NCBI RefSeq assembly: GCF_001194135.2
Contig: NC_068993.1
Span: 743,229-807,228, forward strand
Source: Octopus bimaculoides
Lineage: Eukaryota
DNA length: 64,000 nt
Reading direction: 5' to 3'
Made by a program: the position numbers and the translations under genes. Position 1 is the stretch's first letter. Every line of letters starts with the position of its first letter. Below are positions 13,351 through 26,072 of this stretch, in pieces. The notes under the pieces were generated by a model. That model was given only the letters and a program-made list of their open reading frames with translations, was not told the DNA's origin and did no database searches.

Positions 13351-15993
13351 ACCAAGTTTACTTTTAAGGGCTCTTGATCTTAGAATTTGCTTTGACATTT
13401 GGAATTTCTTGAATTCTATGGCACATTTAGCTGGCAGCTAAGTTATAGGTGTACAGGAGTTTCTGCCAATATTGAATTCCTCTCTTATAATCAGAGACCT
13501 CTAATAATAAACAAGAGGGGGATTAGATGGACAAGTACCACTTGTACTGGTTTACTCTCAGTTCAGAACTCCTTTAGTTGCCTCTCACCAGGAAGAGGGT
13601 ATTGAGTGTACGTACTTTCTTTAGAATAGTTAAGGCAGTTTCATATTTCGTGAAGTATAAAGTTTTTGTGATTAAAATTGGTTGTCATTTTTCTGTTAAT
13701 TATGTTTTAATTTGTTCAAAAGCTCTGTGTTAACATTCCTAGATTTTGTAAAATTCTAATTGAGGCACTGGAGTTGGCACAGAGGCAGAGAGAGTGCCAC
13801 AATTGATTCTTGCTGGCATCTCAAGTTTTGATATTGAAGTTCAAATCACACCTAGTTCAATAATTCCTCTGTGATAAGAACCAGATGTGTGTCTTCAACA
13901 TGTGATGCTGTCAGATGACAGGATGTCTGATACAGCAGCAGAGTTTGAAGGTGAATCATACTGTCAAAGCTGTTCTGTCTCACTTGGTTAATGCTGCAGT
14001 AAGCTGCAGTTATGGGAACCAAAATTCTTGTGTGAAATTATGATGATGATGGTGGTGGTGGTGGTGATGGTGGTTTACATAGATCTGGAATTTGATATTT
14101 TTCAAGGTGAAGAGAAACAGAAAGTTATGATGTTCCTGTCTTTTACTGGGACATTAGTAAGATGAGAGAAATGGGGATCAGATTTATGTAACAAAAAGAT
14201 TCTCTGCAATCAATATTATTGCTAAAGTAATTTCTTATATAGATGTAAGGCTTCATATTTTTAGAGAATAGGAAGTTGTGATGTTCATGTCTTTCTTTTT
14301 TTTTTTTTTTTCACTGGGACATCGGTGATATGTGAGAGGATTCCAATTAGAAAGTGAAATTGTATCGTTAGCCTAATTCACTGAAAACTTATTCCTGCAC
14401 TACACCACCCACTGTTTTGATAATGATGATGATGTTGTAAGATGAATTTCTTAAAAAATACTAAAGATTTCTTGTAGAATATTAAATAATTATCATCAAA
14501 GAGGAAAATAAGAGTAAGTAGAATTGTTCACTTGAAGAAAAACTGAAAAAAAATCTTCATTTATTTCTATTTGTAACGAACAATTTGAATTATGGTTTTA
14601 ATTTCTATCTCGTTTCTGATTTTANNNNNNNNNNNNNNNNNNNNNNNNNNNNNNNNNNNNNNNNNNNNNNNNNNNNNNNNNNNNNNNNNNNNNNNNNNNN
14701 NNNNNNNNNNNNNNNNNNNNNNNNNNNNCACACGTATACACTTTACCAATTCTTGTTAGTAATCACTTCTTGTAGAGAGAACACCAACTGTTAAAATGTT
14801 CTCACCAATGCCGTTCTTTAATCTCACTAACATTGGTCAAGAGGATTGTTTTCTTGAGGAGATATATCTGACAGCAAACTCTGATTTTGCTGAAGGTCAT
14901 TATTATGTTTCGTCAGATCTTCTTCACCAATTGCAATGACCGTTTAGGTTATATGATGTTGTGTCTGTGGATGACCTCACTTTAATACAAAGCGGAAACT
15001 GTGAGACTCTGTTTAATTGTGTGCAGATGTCTTAATTTTTAGAGATTCTTTTAAACTTGGATCTGCTTTAGTGGTTTCTGTGGCCTTTGGTCAGTGAAAA
15101 TGTCTGGACTTTCAGGAAATCAGAAACTGGTTTCAATAAATTTTTATATTTGTTTGTTGGTTTTTTTCAGCTGACAACTGCTCGGGTTTGGCTTTGAATG
15201 AATTTTTGTTTAATGAGAAAGAGTTCATTCTTTTAAGATCCATAGCAAGTATCCAGATTAATAGCCATTGCTAATGCTAAAACAGATCCTTCTCCTCTTC
15301 CTCCTCCTCCTCCATAAAGATTAAATTGATATATTTAGTTTCTTGTCTTTTGACAGCACACTGACCGAAATAATTTAAACGAAGACTGCTAATTAACCCT
15401 TGCTCTGTTTTATTTGTTCTAATTGTCATCACATATAATTACATATTGTAGTGGACAGCTTTTTAATGATTCCTAATTCAGGCCATCTCACCTGTTTGTC
15501 ACACTCACACCTTGTCTGTTTACTATGGCATTAATATTAGATTGAGTGTTCTCTAAAGACTTCCTCTCCTGTCTTCCTGTTGTCTCTTGGCTTATGTAAT
15601 TATCACCACATAAGCCTTCTATCGAATTTCTTCTCATAAAAGCAATCTACTCCAGCTTCTGATTCCTCATGAATTCATTTTCAGACTTTACCTGCAGTTT
15701 GTAAACTGCAACAAGCTTTTAACTAATGTTGGAATTTTCTGACTTTTATTTAAAAGTGACTTTGAAGGATTTGGTTCTTGAAACTGTTGATTTGGATGAG
15801 ACTAGAAAATAGCTGTGAATCACTTGTAATCTTTAAAACAGGAAAATAAAAAAGTTGAATTTAATTCTTCCATGTAGAATGGTAGCATTTTTTGCTATGG
15901 CTGAATAACTGGATGGAAAATCTTTAGGTTTTTAGTGAAGAACTGAAGATGGGATGAAATGATGTTGTATTGACAGTAAAACAAGTCTAAGAA

Positions 15994-16140
15994 TGATATA
16001 CCCTCCAGCCTTCATCAGGTGTCTTGGGGAAATTTCGAACCTGGGTTGTCATTCCTAAGGTATGCCCATAGGCATATGGTGTAGTGGTTAAGAGCGTGGG
16101 CTACTAAGCTTAAGGTTCCAAATTTGATTCCAGGCAGTGA

Positions 16141-16172
<32 letters not shown>

Positions 16173-16335
16173 TTAAAAAAAATACCTTAGGAATGAGAAC
16201 CCAGGTTAGAACATTTCTCCAAGACACCTGATGAAGGCTGGAGGGTATATCAGCCAAAACGTGTTAACAACAAACAAGATGAGGACAAATATCTGTCAAA
16301 TGTAAATAATTCCTCATCACTTAAATATAGAACTG
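15994..16335 (+). mobile_element. Composite element: inverted repeat arm, tRNA-like head, (AAT)n, Penelope-like tail with decayed hammerhead
   Basis: Arms 15994-16063 and 16182-16252 are ~70-bp inverted copies with about 4 differences. Pol III A-box-like TGGTGTAGTGG at 16077 and B-box-like TTTGATTCC at 16123; (AAT)9 at 16145-16171; CTGATGA-A-GGCTG-loop-CAGCC-AAAAC at 16228-16260. Confidence 0.6.
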
Positions 16336-16811
16336 TATTAACTTACATTTAATTTGAGTCAGAATTGGTATATTTTTTGCTGCCTTTGGCCTCAAGAAAC
16401 CCAGTAATTCTTTTCAACTCTGACTGCACCACTTTGTTGGAGGGGGAGGGTCTAAGAGAACAAACACCAAAGGTTGAGCTGGCCAGAAGTAGTAAATGTC
16501 TGGTTCTTAAACACCAGCCAAGAAATTGGAAGCTTCCTGGAACTGGAAGTATTAGCAATTGCTTTTTTAAACCTGGCTGTATTTATCTTATCTCTTTTTT
16601 TATCTTTCACTTGTTTTAGTCATTGAACTGTGGCCATGCTGGGGCACAACTTTGAAGGGTTTAGCTGAATCTGTCACCCCAGTTCTTATTTTCTAAGCCT
16701 GGTACATATCCTGCCAGCACCTTTTGCCAGGCTGATAAGTTATGGGGACGTAAACAAACAAACACCCCCCTCTCTCTCTCCCTCCCCATGAGGAGCTTCT
16801 TTTTGATTTCT

Positions 16812-16930
16812 GTCTAATAAATCCACTAACTAGGCTTTGGTCAGCCCAGGGGCTAAAGCCGAAGACACTTGCTGAAGGTGTCATGCCGTGTGCGACTGAA
16901 CCCAGAACCATGTGGTTGGGAAGCTGTACC
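16812..16930 (-). mobile_element. SINE family A (partial)
   Basis: AAATCCACT..AGGCTTTGGTC...GAAGACACTTG...GACTGAACCCAGAACCATGTGGTTGGGAAG. Confidence 0.7.
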
Positions 16931-18242
16931 TGAAGATCTCGGCTGTTTGGAGTCTGCAAGTGTCAGGAGATGCGAAAGGAATGACGTTAAGAACGAATAA
17001 AAGAAACCCCCCCCGAAAAAAGGAGGTTAAAAACTGATGGTTTGTGCAGAGGCCATTAATCAATTTGATGTGACCTTTTCAATAACATCAATGCTATATT
17101 GAGCCTTGTGATTTAATTCTTTGTGTTGTATTCTAACCACATTTAACAGCATTTTCTAATAGATGTGTGGAGAGATGGGGAGGGGGCAGTTCTTTGTGTT
17201 ATCTCAGTTGGTAAGTGTAGTGGCAGCAGCAGCGGTGGTGGTGGTAGTAACATTTGTTGTGGAGTTTAAACATGATATAAATATATAAAGAAAGGTAGAC
17301 ACACAGGTACATTGATATATGTAATGCTATTTTCTTTTTGAGCTTACAGGACAGCCTCTATAGAGTCCTTTGATCTGCTAGAAATAGGAGCCAAATCTCT
17401 CTCAATCCACATCTTCCTGTTTAAAAAACAAAAGCAGGCATGTTATATAATATTGTCTTGGGCTTCCTGCACATTGGAAAAAGACAGAAGGTCATGGTTG
17501 GAAGGCTTTTGATTCTAAATTTTCTTGATCAAAGCTGACTTAGGGAGGTTATACCACCACCACTCTCCTCCTCCTCCACTGCCACTACTACCACTACTTT
17601 TTCTCTAAATTTAAAATAGCAGACATTACTAGTTAAGACATTCTCCAGGTTGCTGCTGCTGCCATTATCAACTCTTTTTCAATTCTTGCCTCCAATCAGA
17701 TTCAATCCTGTCACACAATTGCAATTATAATGTGGAAGGCTTTTCACGAAATCAACGTGGAGTAGGAGTTGAGAGGGAGTGTGTTATTGAATATTTTTAT
17801 TTTGTAAGGAGTTTGTGTGAAATAAAGACCTTAACTTTGCACTGAGTAACATCAGAACCAGATCATTAATCAGACGACATGTCTTACACTTGTTGAATTA
17901 ATTAATTTTGCAGCAAGTATTTTTCTCTTGCTGCCTGTCTGTCTATACTCCTGCTTTCTTCACAATGAAAGGTATTCCATTTCGGATAGAGCTGAGTGGA
18001 GAATGGTTGGAATCTCACTGCTGTGACGTCTGGCTGTGTACTCTAGTAACCAGTATTGTATGTCTAGGTACCCTAGGTGCTGTGTGACAGGCTACTCTTG
18101 CAGTAGTCAATGTTTGAGATCTAACAGGATACTGTGTGGTTGAACTATTAGAAATAGCAGCCAAATTTTCAAAATTTCCTTTTATGTACTCCCTCCCCCA
18201 ACTTATACATTAATCCATGATAGTGGTTTTCCTTAGGTGCAT

Positions 18243-18372
18243 ACATAGCAGTTGTGTGGTTAACAAGCTCTCTTCTCAATCCCATGGTTCCAGGTTCAGT
18301 CCCACTGCATGGCACCTTGAGTGTCTTCTGCTATAGCTCCCAAGACCAGTGCAAACCTTTCAAATGTATTTG
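18243..18372 (+). mobile_element. SINE family A (3'-truncated)
   Basis: GTGTGGTTAACAAG...CCAGGTTCAGTCCCACTGCATGGCACCTTG.GTGTCTTCTGCTATAG. Confidence 0.7.
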
Positions 18373-18375
18373 AAA

Positions 18376-18720
18376 GGTGCATGGTTTAGTGGTTAAGGTG
18401 TTGCACTCGCGGTTGTAAGATCGTGGGTTCAATTCCCAGACTGGGTGTTGTGTTGTGTTCTTGAGCAAAGCACTTCATTTCACGTTGCTCTGCAATCATT
18501 TTGGCAGCAAACATTTTGATCACTATAAACATATCGTCTGCATGGTTGTTTGGTAAGAAATTGTCGAACCCTCATACATCGTCTAACGACGGGAGACTCC
18601 GTCATATGTATGTGTGTGTATGTATGCATGTAACCCTCATACATCGTCTAACGACGGGAGACTCCATCATATGTATGCGTGTAACCCTCATACATCGTCT
18701 AACGACGGGAGACTCCGTCG
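18376..18720 (+). mobile_element. tRNA-derived SINE family C with triplicated 3' tail
   Basis: Head GGTGCATGGTTTAGTGGTTAAGG..GGGTTCAATTCCC; homologous end-to-end to the reverse of 46639-46914; tail unit repeated three times. Confidence 0.75.
18567..18719. repeat. 37-bp unit x3 with microsatellite spacers
   Basis: AACCCTCATACATCGTCTAACGACGGGAGACTCC(G/A)TC at 18567, 18632 and 18683. Confidence 0.9.
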
Positions 18721-18897
18721 TATGTATGTGTGTGTATGTATGCGTGTGTATGTACGTGTGTATGTATGTGTAAATAAGTGTAAGTACTGTGGACAAGGCT
18801 GCGTGGTGTTGAATTATAAAAAAATAAAAAAATACACATTAAGTACAGGACATCACCAACTAGTGGAAAGCATGTAAGCACACGAGAGTTAAGTATG

Positions 18898-19275
18898 TCA
18901 TCGTCGTTTAACATCCGCTTTCCATGCTGGCATGGGCTGGACAGTTTGACTGAGGGCTGCCAAGCCATAAAGCTGCACCAGGCTGCAATCTGATCTGGCA
19001 ATGTTTCTACAGCTGGATGCCCTTCCTAACGCCAACCACTCCGAGAGTGTAATGGGTGCTTTTACGTACCACCAGCATGAGGGCCAGTCAGGCAGTTCTG
19101 GCAACGATCACGTTCAAAAGGTGTTTTTTTTATGTGCTACCTGCACAGGAGCCAGTCTGGCGGCACTCGCAATGACCTCGCTCGAATGTGCTTTTAACGT
19201 TCCACTGGCACAGGTGCCAGCCGGGCAGTATTGTCATCGGCCACATGAGCGATTTTGGTTTCACTTGCCTCAATA
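18898..19275 (-). mobile_element. RTE 3'-end fragment
   Basis: Reverse complement carries TTAGGAAGGGCATCCAGCTGTAGAAAC and ends CCAGCATGGAAAGCGGATGTTAAACGACGATGAC, homologous to 31800-31963. Confidence 0.8.
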
Positions 19276-21370
19276 GATCGTGTGTGTGTATATGCATGTA
19301 TGTATAGAAAATGAATACAGGAAATGTAGTCAGTATTATCACTTAGCATAATGCACATGTTTCATGAGATTGGCAGACATCAGTAATTTGGTTATGGGAA
19401 CATTTTGCTGGTAGCATTACTCAACAAAAATACAACACAAAAGAAAAATCGCTTTTATGTATCAGTGTGTGTGAATAAGAACAGTTATTATAGGGGGAGA
19501 GGGGGAGAAAGTATGACAGGGGTGTGATTGGGGGGTGGGGAATCTTGCACAAAACAATATCAGCGACAATAACAACAACAATAGAAATAAAAATGTAGTA
19601 AAAATAATGGGAAATAAAGGAAAGCTTAGAAACAGTCTTCGGTCAGTGGTGGCCATTGCAGGAAGAAAGAGAAAGAATACAATGAAAAACAAAGCAAAAA
19701 AACCTTGGCTTTGATGATTTGTGGCACTCCTATAAAGAAAGAGTTTAGCTGAGAGAAGGTGGCCAGGTTCAGGAGATCTTAAAACTGGCCATTGTGGAAA
19801 TGTGGTTTGGTGTTAGAAGTCCCCCCCCCCCTCCACACAATCCTATATCAATGAATGCACTCAAACACACAAACCCAAACAAACTCATAATGTGTGATAG
19901 TTCCTAAGCTGTGGGACACCTGTACAATCTCCAAATGAATGCACAATAACAAGAGTAATAACGGTTTCAAATTTGGTGGGGGGATGGTTTTGAACCTCTT
20001 GCCAGAAGACAAGTGTAAAGCAATGGTTATTATCAAGGAAACCTCCAACTCTGGGCCATTGCAAGCAAATTAAAACAGCTTCAGGTTTATGATGTAACTG
20101 GAAGCAATCATCTAATCTGGGTTTATTGTCTACACACACACACCTTGCATGACAGAGCTGCTCAAAAAAATGGAATGCCATGTGAAATTATTGCAGAGAT
20201 AAACTAGACAGGCAAGGAAGTGCCACTGTCAATAAAGTGCATGTTTATCTTGAATGAATGGTTTATGGTATACTCTGCCATATCAACTTGGTCTACTAAA
20301 AAGCTCTAAGAATCATAAAAATTCTACGTGAATCAACCAAAACCTTGTCATCAACATTTTACATGAGATGCTTTAACAACAGGATCTTATAAAATATGTG
20401 AGTTCCAATCTGTCGGAATTAGAGATATGCTTCCACTGTACCAGTAAAGCCATTTTCTATAAATGGAATAATTCTTTCCCACCTGTACACACCCACTCAC
20501 TTCCTGGTGCCAAGATCAACACATTAGATAGAACACTATGGCACTTTGCTATAAATATATGGAAACAGACTTGCAGAAGTCTTCATTTGAAACCATTTTA
20601 GTTGACTGGAAAGTGTGCAAATATCTTGTTACTCACCAAAATGTAGGAAACCAGTAATTAACTTTATGGACACCATTTTCAGTTTCTATATCCAATGATG
20701 CTGTTCTTCAAGAATGCATGTAATGAACCCCCCCCCCACCAATNNNNNNNNNNAATGAACCCCCCCCCCACCAATATGTATCTTTTGGATACATATTTGG
20801 AGTGGGGGGAGATTTATTACATATATGTCTGTGTATACACTTCAGGAATGTCTGTGTCTATTTAATACAGGTGTATCTGTTTCTCTATCCACATTTGTAT
20901 GTACATATATAATGTGTGTGTGTGTGTGTGCGCACACGTCAAGAATATGCTCCATGTATCCATGCTAAAACTATAAATATTAAAAATAATTCCCACCAAT
21001 TCATTATAATGATGCTAATTGAATCCATGAAATTCAATATAAAATACAGTAAACAGCTTAATATTTTGATGTTAGACAGACAGACATTTTTCTATAACCT
21101 CCGACCTGTGTGTGTGTGTGTTGTGGTATGGTTATAGCATGAGTGTGAGGGTGTGTTTGTTGGAGAACTGATATGTAGACAAACACACCTCCTTCATTGC
21201 AAAGTTGAGTACTGCACACACACACACACACACACCAAGGACTTGCACAAAGTTTCCATTTGCCATATTTCACACTGAAGCCACTGGTTAACTTGAGGTG
21301 CTGCACATTGTGATTGAACCCAAAACATTGTAGATACACATTATGATTGAACCCATGACATTTGTAGATA

Positions 21371-21579
21371 TTTTAGCATTTATATTATCGAATGTAATCC
21401 TTATTTATTCCCATTGTTTTGAATTAATCATGGATTGTCTTGTAGCTTTAAGATTTTGATTGTTTATTTTTAGAACAACATTTTAGGGTAGGTGTGAGAG
21501 GCCAGATCTGGTTAATTTGAACATAAAACAGGTGGAATATTTGGACCAGATGTGGTTAGTTTAACTGGTAAAGGGTTAA
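21371..21579. mobile_element. Probable piggyBac-type MITE
   Basis: Ends in AAAGGG-TTAA (piggyBac-like terminus and target site); left end eroded (TTTAGCATT). Confidence 0.4.
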
Positions 21580-24500
21580 AGATTATTCTAGAATCTAACA
21601 TGGTACATAGAACATCTCAAGTCTCCTCACCTTACTGTAACTATGGCTTTGTTGTACAGTATCTTTCCATATATCTCAGCTGCTTGGAGCACTAACGTTT
21701 TCTAATTCTTCCTCCAAATGATTTCTGTATTTCTGAGAATACTGTTTTGCTGGACATAATCCCAAATCCTTTGATAACCCTCTATTCTTAAATTACGAAT
21801 CCTTTTTAAAGCAAACTTATCTTTTACAAAAATTTGAACAACTGAATTATTTTTCTGTAAATTTCTGTTCCATAATTTCCTGTATAAGACTTAAGAATTT
21901 TCATTGCACTTTGAGCAAACTGATAATTAAAAAAAAAAAAAAAAAAAGTCAGTATTATTATTTTGTATGACTTTCATGAGTGTTAATAAAGAATATAATA
22001 GACTGTAATCTTAATTATTTTATAATACTCTCATTAATTTTAATATAGAATAGTTTACAGTCCTTTCTAATTATTTACCTGTATTTTGACACTGAAATTT
22101 GAGAATCTTTTTTTTCTTGGATGATATTTCTTTCTCTTCAGCTGTTCCTTCCCATCTATTCCATTATCTCAATTTTGTCTATTACTTCCTAATAGTAATG
22201 TTTCCAGGTTACCAAACACCCTCGTCTATTTTTAAAATTGAAACTATCTTCATTAAATCTTTATTGACTAAAGACTCTACAGCCGTTGACTTTGATTTCC
22301 ATGTTGAACTCTGGAAGACAGATGTTTCTGGTGAGGTTTTTTTAACCACCTCAGCTGCCTCAAGAGAACTACCAACTCCAATGTCAGCCTGTTCATTTAT
22401 TTGTCATCGCATGAAATGTGAGTCAGCAGTTTCAGTTCACTCCTGACAGCACGGAAAGCATTTGAAGCTCAAGGAAATCTAGTCTATCCATAAAGGTCAC
22501 ATTACAAATGTAACCCAACTTTTATTCTTTTCCCTTCACCTTACTGCTATTACTGCTGTTGCAGTCTGTGCTACACAAGAAAATAACAGGTTTCTTTTGC
22601 AATTAACCTGTTATATTTGTTTTTGATGTTGTAATAGTTTTATTTTAATCAATGTGACCAATGGATTAAAGGATCTTGTCACTGGTGAGATCATTTGTTT
22701 GTCCTGTATGTGTGCAGATTGTAAATATTTTGTTAATCTCTTCAAGTCAGTGCAGCTGAGATGGTCATCTTATTATTACTTGTCTGGTTTGTCGGCTTGA
22801 TTAAATTGCTTCGATTAACAAAGGATCTCTCTCTCTCTCTCTGTATATATACACATATATATATCTCTGTGTGTGTGTGTTCTGCTAGCTATAGTCAATT
22901 TGTTCCTTCAGGTGATGGTCTTTCTCAATGACTTTGCTGTTCTCTCAACTGAGTTAATGCAATTTGAAGACTTGCAAAGTGAGTGCAGTGTCAGGCTGCT
23001 GCTAATGCAATTGTCCTCTCCATCCATTAGTTGCACTGCAATTGAGTCTAGTGTTTCTACTTACTCTTCCACTACATACTGAACAAGCTTACCTTCCTGT
23101 TGTTAGTGATGTGTGCAGATTAGATGACGAGAAAAAACCCCCCCAAAAAAAACATACTTTAATCTTTACAATGTCACTCTTATCGTTTTTTCATTTTAAA
23201 CCACATTACAGCATTTCTCACTTTTATTCCTTCTGATTAAAAGTACCAAATAGTTTTTTAAATGCAAAACTTCTTTAGAGCACCCGATCCAAAATAGAGT
23301 TGTACTAGCTTCATGTATCATACTTAGTAGAGTTAACGTAAGCTGTTGTTGGTCCATTGATTTTTCTAACAGATGGCTCACACACATGCACTCACAGTTA
23401 CACACTCACACACACACCATGGCACATTGTAATCCAATCACTATAAAATAATATTCTGCAACTCTAACGTGGAGGTTAAGAAAAGATTATGAATCAATCG
23501 ACAGCTACCCGGGCATTTGTTTGCAGTTAGAAATGGAAGAATATCGATGTGAGAAATATTGAGGTTGTCTGTTGTTTTTTCCCTCTCCTCAACACCAGAA
23601 GATTCTCCACACAGTTTTCCTCTGAAATGTTAAGAAAATCCCAGCAAAACTGCTGCTGTGTTCTTTACAAAGCTTCTTGCAATGTAAAAATAACGTTTAA
23701 AGTTAGTCGAAAACCAAGTTGAAGTCCTTATCAGTGTTAATGTAGTTCAGAGACCAACAACTAATTTTTATAATGGCCTTCTGTGGAATTTTGCTTTACA
23801 TCTGCCCATGGACCACATCTATCTGACATATAAAAATACCCCTATGTATCACTGGTATTCCTTACATAAGTAAAAATTAAGTTGCGACACAAAAGGCTAT
23901 CTAAAAGCCATCAGCTGCTCATTGGCTCACAAATCTATTAAATTTTAAGCATTTTTAGAAAAAGTCAGGCCCGTAGAGAACCCGAGCGTCTCATCTGGGA
24001 ATTGTAGCCCACCTGTTGCTGACATTCTAGTCAAACTCTCTGCCAACAAATAAAAAAAACAAAAAGGAAATTAATGGAAAAGATCATTAATTAAAGTTGG
24101 TTAATTTAGATCAGTTTGTGTGGCATCTGGAGATGTACCAAATGTTTTGTGCAAATACTTCTTCTCTACGTGTCATACAAACTTCCAATAACTTGCTACC
24201 ATCTTTTGCTGCAACTAATTACTGATATCTGAATCTTCGTTACTCTCTCCTTAGCAGCTCTAGTTTAGTTTTCTTCCTCTCCGTTAATAGTTGTTTCTAA
24301 ATATTCTTTTAATAGTGACAACTCGGTCTTTCTGGTCTTGTAGACTGTTCTGGAAATGGTAATGAAAAGTTCTGTCCTATCTTCTAATAAGTCTGTCATA
24401 ATGTCTAAACATATTCTACAGATGTCAAATGGTGAGGGTAAAACATAGAACCTGTGTTATAATACAGGTCCCTCCTCTTCATTACCCTTATCTTGCACCC

Positions 24501-24860
24501 TGTGGTTTACAAGACTGACCCCATTAGTGCTGGTGACACCATGAAAAAGCATCCCCAATTCTCCCTGCCAAGTGATTGATGTTAGGAAGGGCATCTCTGG
24601 CTGTAGAAACTGGGCTAAAACTTATTGAAGCTGTACCCTTAGTCAGATGCCTTTCCAGTCACCAACCCTTGATTTTCAAGTAACATACATTTCTATTTCA
24701 CTGGCCTTCACACCCTGAAAACACTGAGCTAGTCTACATTATTATTTATGGCAAAGGTGCCCAGCCCTGCCATAACAAAGTGTGGCTTATTTTTTTTTGT
24801 TTTTATATCCTGTATTTTGTGAACAACACTTGTCTTGGTCATGGCTTTCTAATAGGCCAA

Positions 24861-24894
<34 letters not shown>

Positions 24895-25989
24895 CAAATG
24901 TATATTGGTGTGAACAGTAAACTAATGCATGAAACTTGTAATCAAGCATTCTATTCATCATCATCATCATCATCACCTTTGTTTGCTTTTCCATGCTTTC
25001 ATGGGTTGGACAGTTTTTTTTTCCCAACTGTGTCTCACCTTTGTTGTGTCCCTTTTATTTTCTCCTTTGTGATTATCAACACCCTAAAATCAGCTTCCAT
25101 CACTGTCCATGTCTACCTTGATCTTACACTTCCCCAGTTTTCCTCCACCTGGATTTCCTGGCAGTCCTTTCTCCAAACTCATCCCATGTAATAGAAAATC
25201 GGAAATGATGCCAAGCAGACAGCACTGTATTTGTTGCAAATTTTGATCTCTGATTCCTTTCTTTTCAAGCAATAAAAACTATAAAACACAAAATTGTTTA
25301 CGGCTGTCATAAATAGATCCCCAACCTGTGGAGGCACTGAAAGTAAAATGACTAAAACAATATTACGGTAATCAATATATTTTCATGTAATTCCATAGAA
25401 AATTGTAAAAAAATTGAGTGGCAAACAACAATTTAGGTCATATTATTCCCAATTTGGTGGCGATGGGTTGTAAATGGATTAAAATGTTGAGCTGTGAGGT
25501 TTTAATGTCTTTTAATGTGTGCAGCAGAGTTCTTAACCTAAATTTCAATCTGTAAACAAACTGTGAAAGAATTTAGTGGTAAAAGAAATAGCGGAAGACC
25601 TTTTTATTGATGTTCTGATCAAATATGACTTAAAAGTAACAGTTCAGATTTAATTGGAAATGGCAGATGGTTTCAAGTAACAAATTTTATTGTGTATATT
25701 TCGGACGTTTGAAGTTAAGTTCCATAAAATTCCATGTTAGATTCACATGACGACTAATAATAAGTTTAGTGGATTTTATTGAGTAAATTTTCTTCAGTGT
25801 ATAAGTACAGTGTTTTCTGTCTTTTACAATACATGTTATAGTAAAACCTTGGCTATAATAATATTGGCAATGTGGATGAGTAAAACACAATCTCTTTGAC
25901 AGGATTCTTTTTATTTTAGCAGCAGATAACAACTGTTTTGTGTAAGATGTAACTTTGTAACAAGCTAAGGAAAAGGAAATATAAAGAAT

Positions 25990-26072
25990 CTCTCTCTCTC
26001 TTTCGCTCTCCCTCTCTCTCTCTCTTTCGCTCTCCCTCTCTCTCTCTTTCTCTCTCCTTCTCTCTCTCTCTT
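25990..26072. repeat. Interrupted (CT)n microsatellite
   Basis: Read directly. Confidence 0.9.

Noticed and set aside
17208-17210. 3-nt microexon (CAG|TTG|GTAAGT)
   Set aside because: Weak pyrimidine tract; expected by chance in 64 kb.
18567-18719. CRISPR array
   Set aside because: Only three units; spacers are unequal TA/TG microsatellite; contiguous with a SINE; eukaryotic context with no cas genes.
20723-20775. Direct repeat AATGAACCCCCCCCCCACCAAT on both sides of a 10-N gap
   Set aside because: Probably an unmerged contig overlap (assembly artefact).
23434-23448. CCAAT plus TATAAAA as the neurocalcin promoter
   Set aside because: The motifs are only 3 nt apart (atypical), there is no clear downstream donor, and such words are common in AT-rich DNA.
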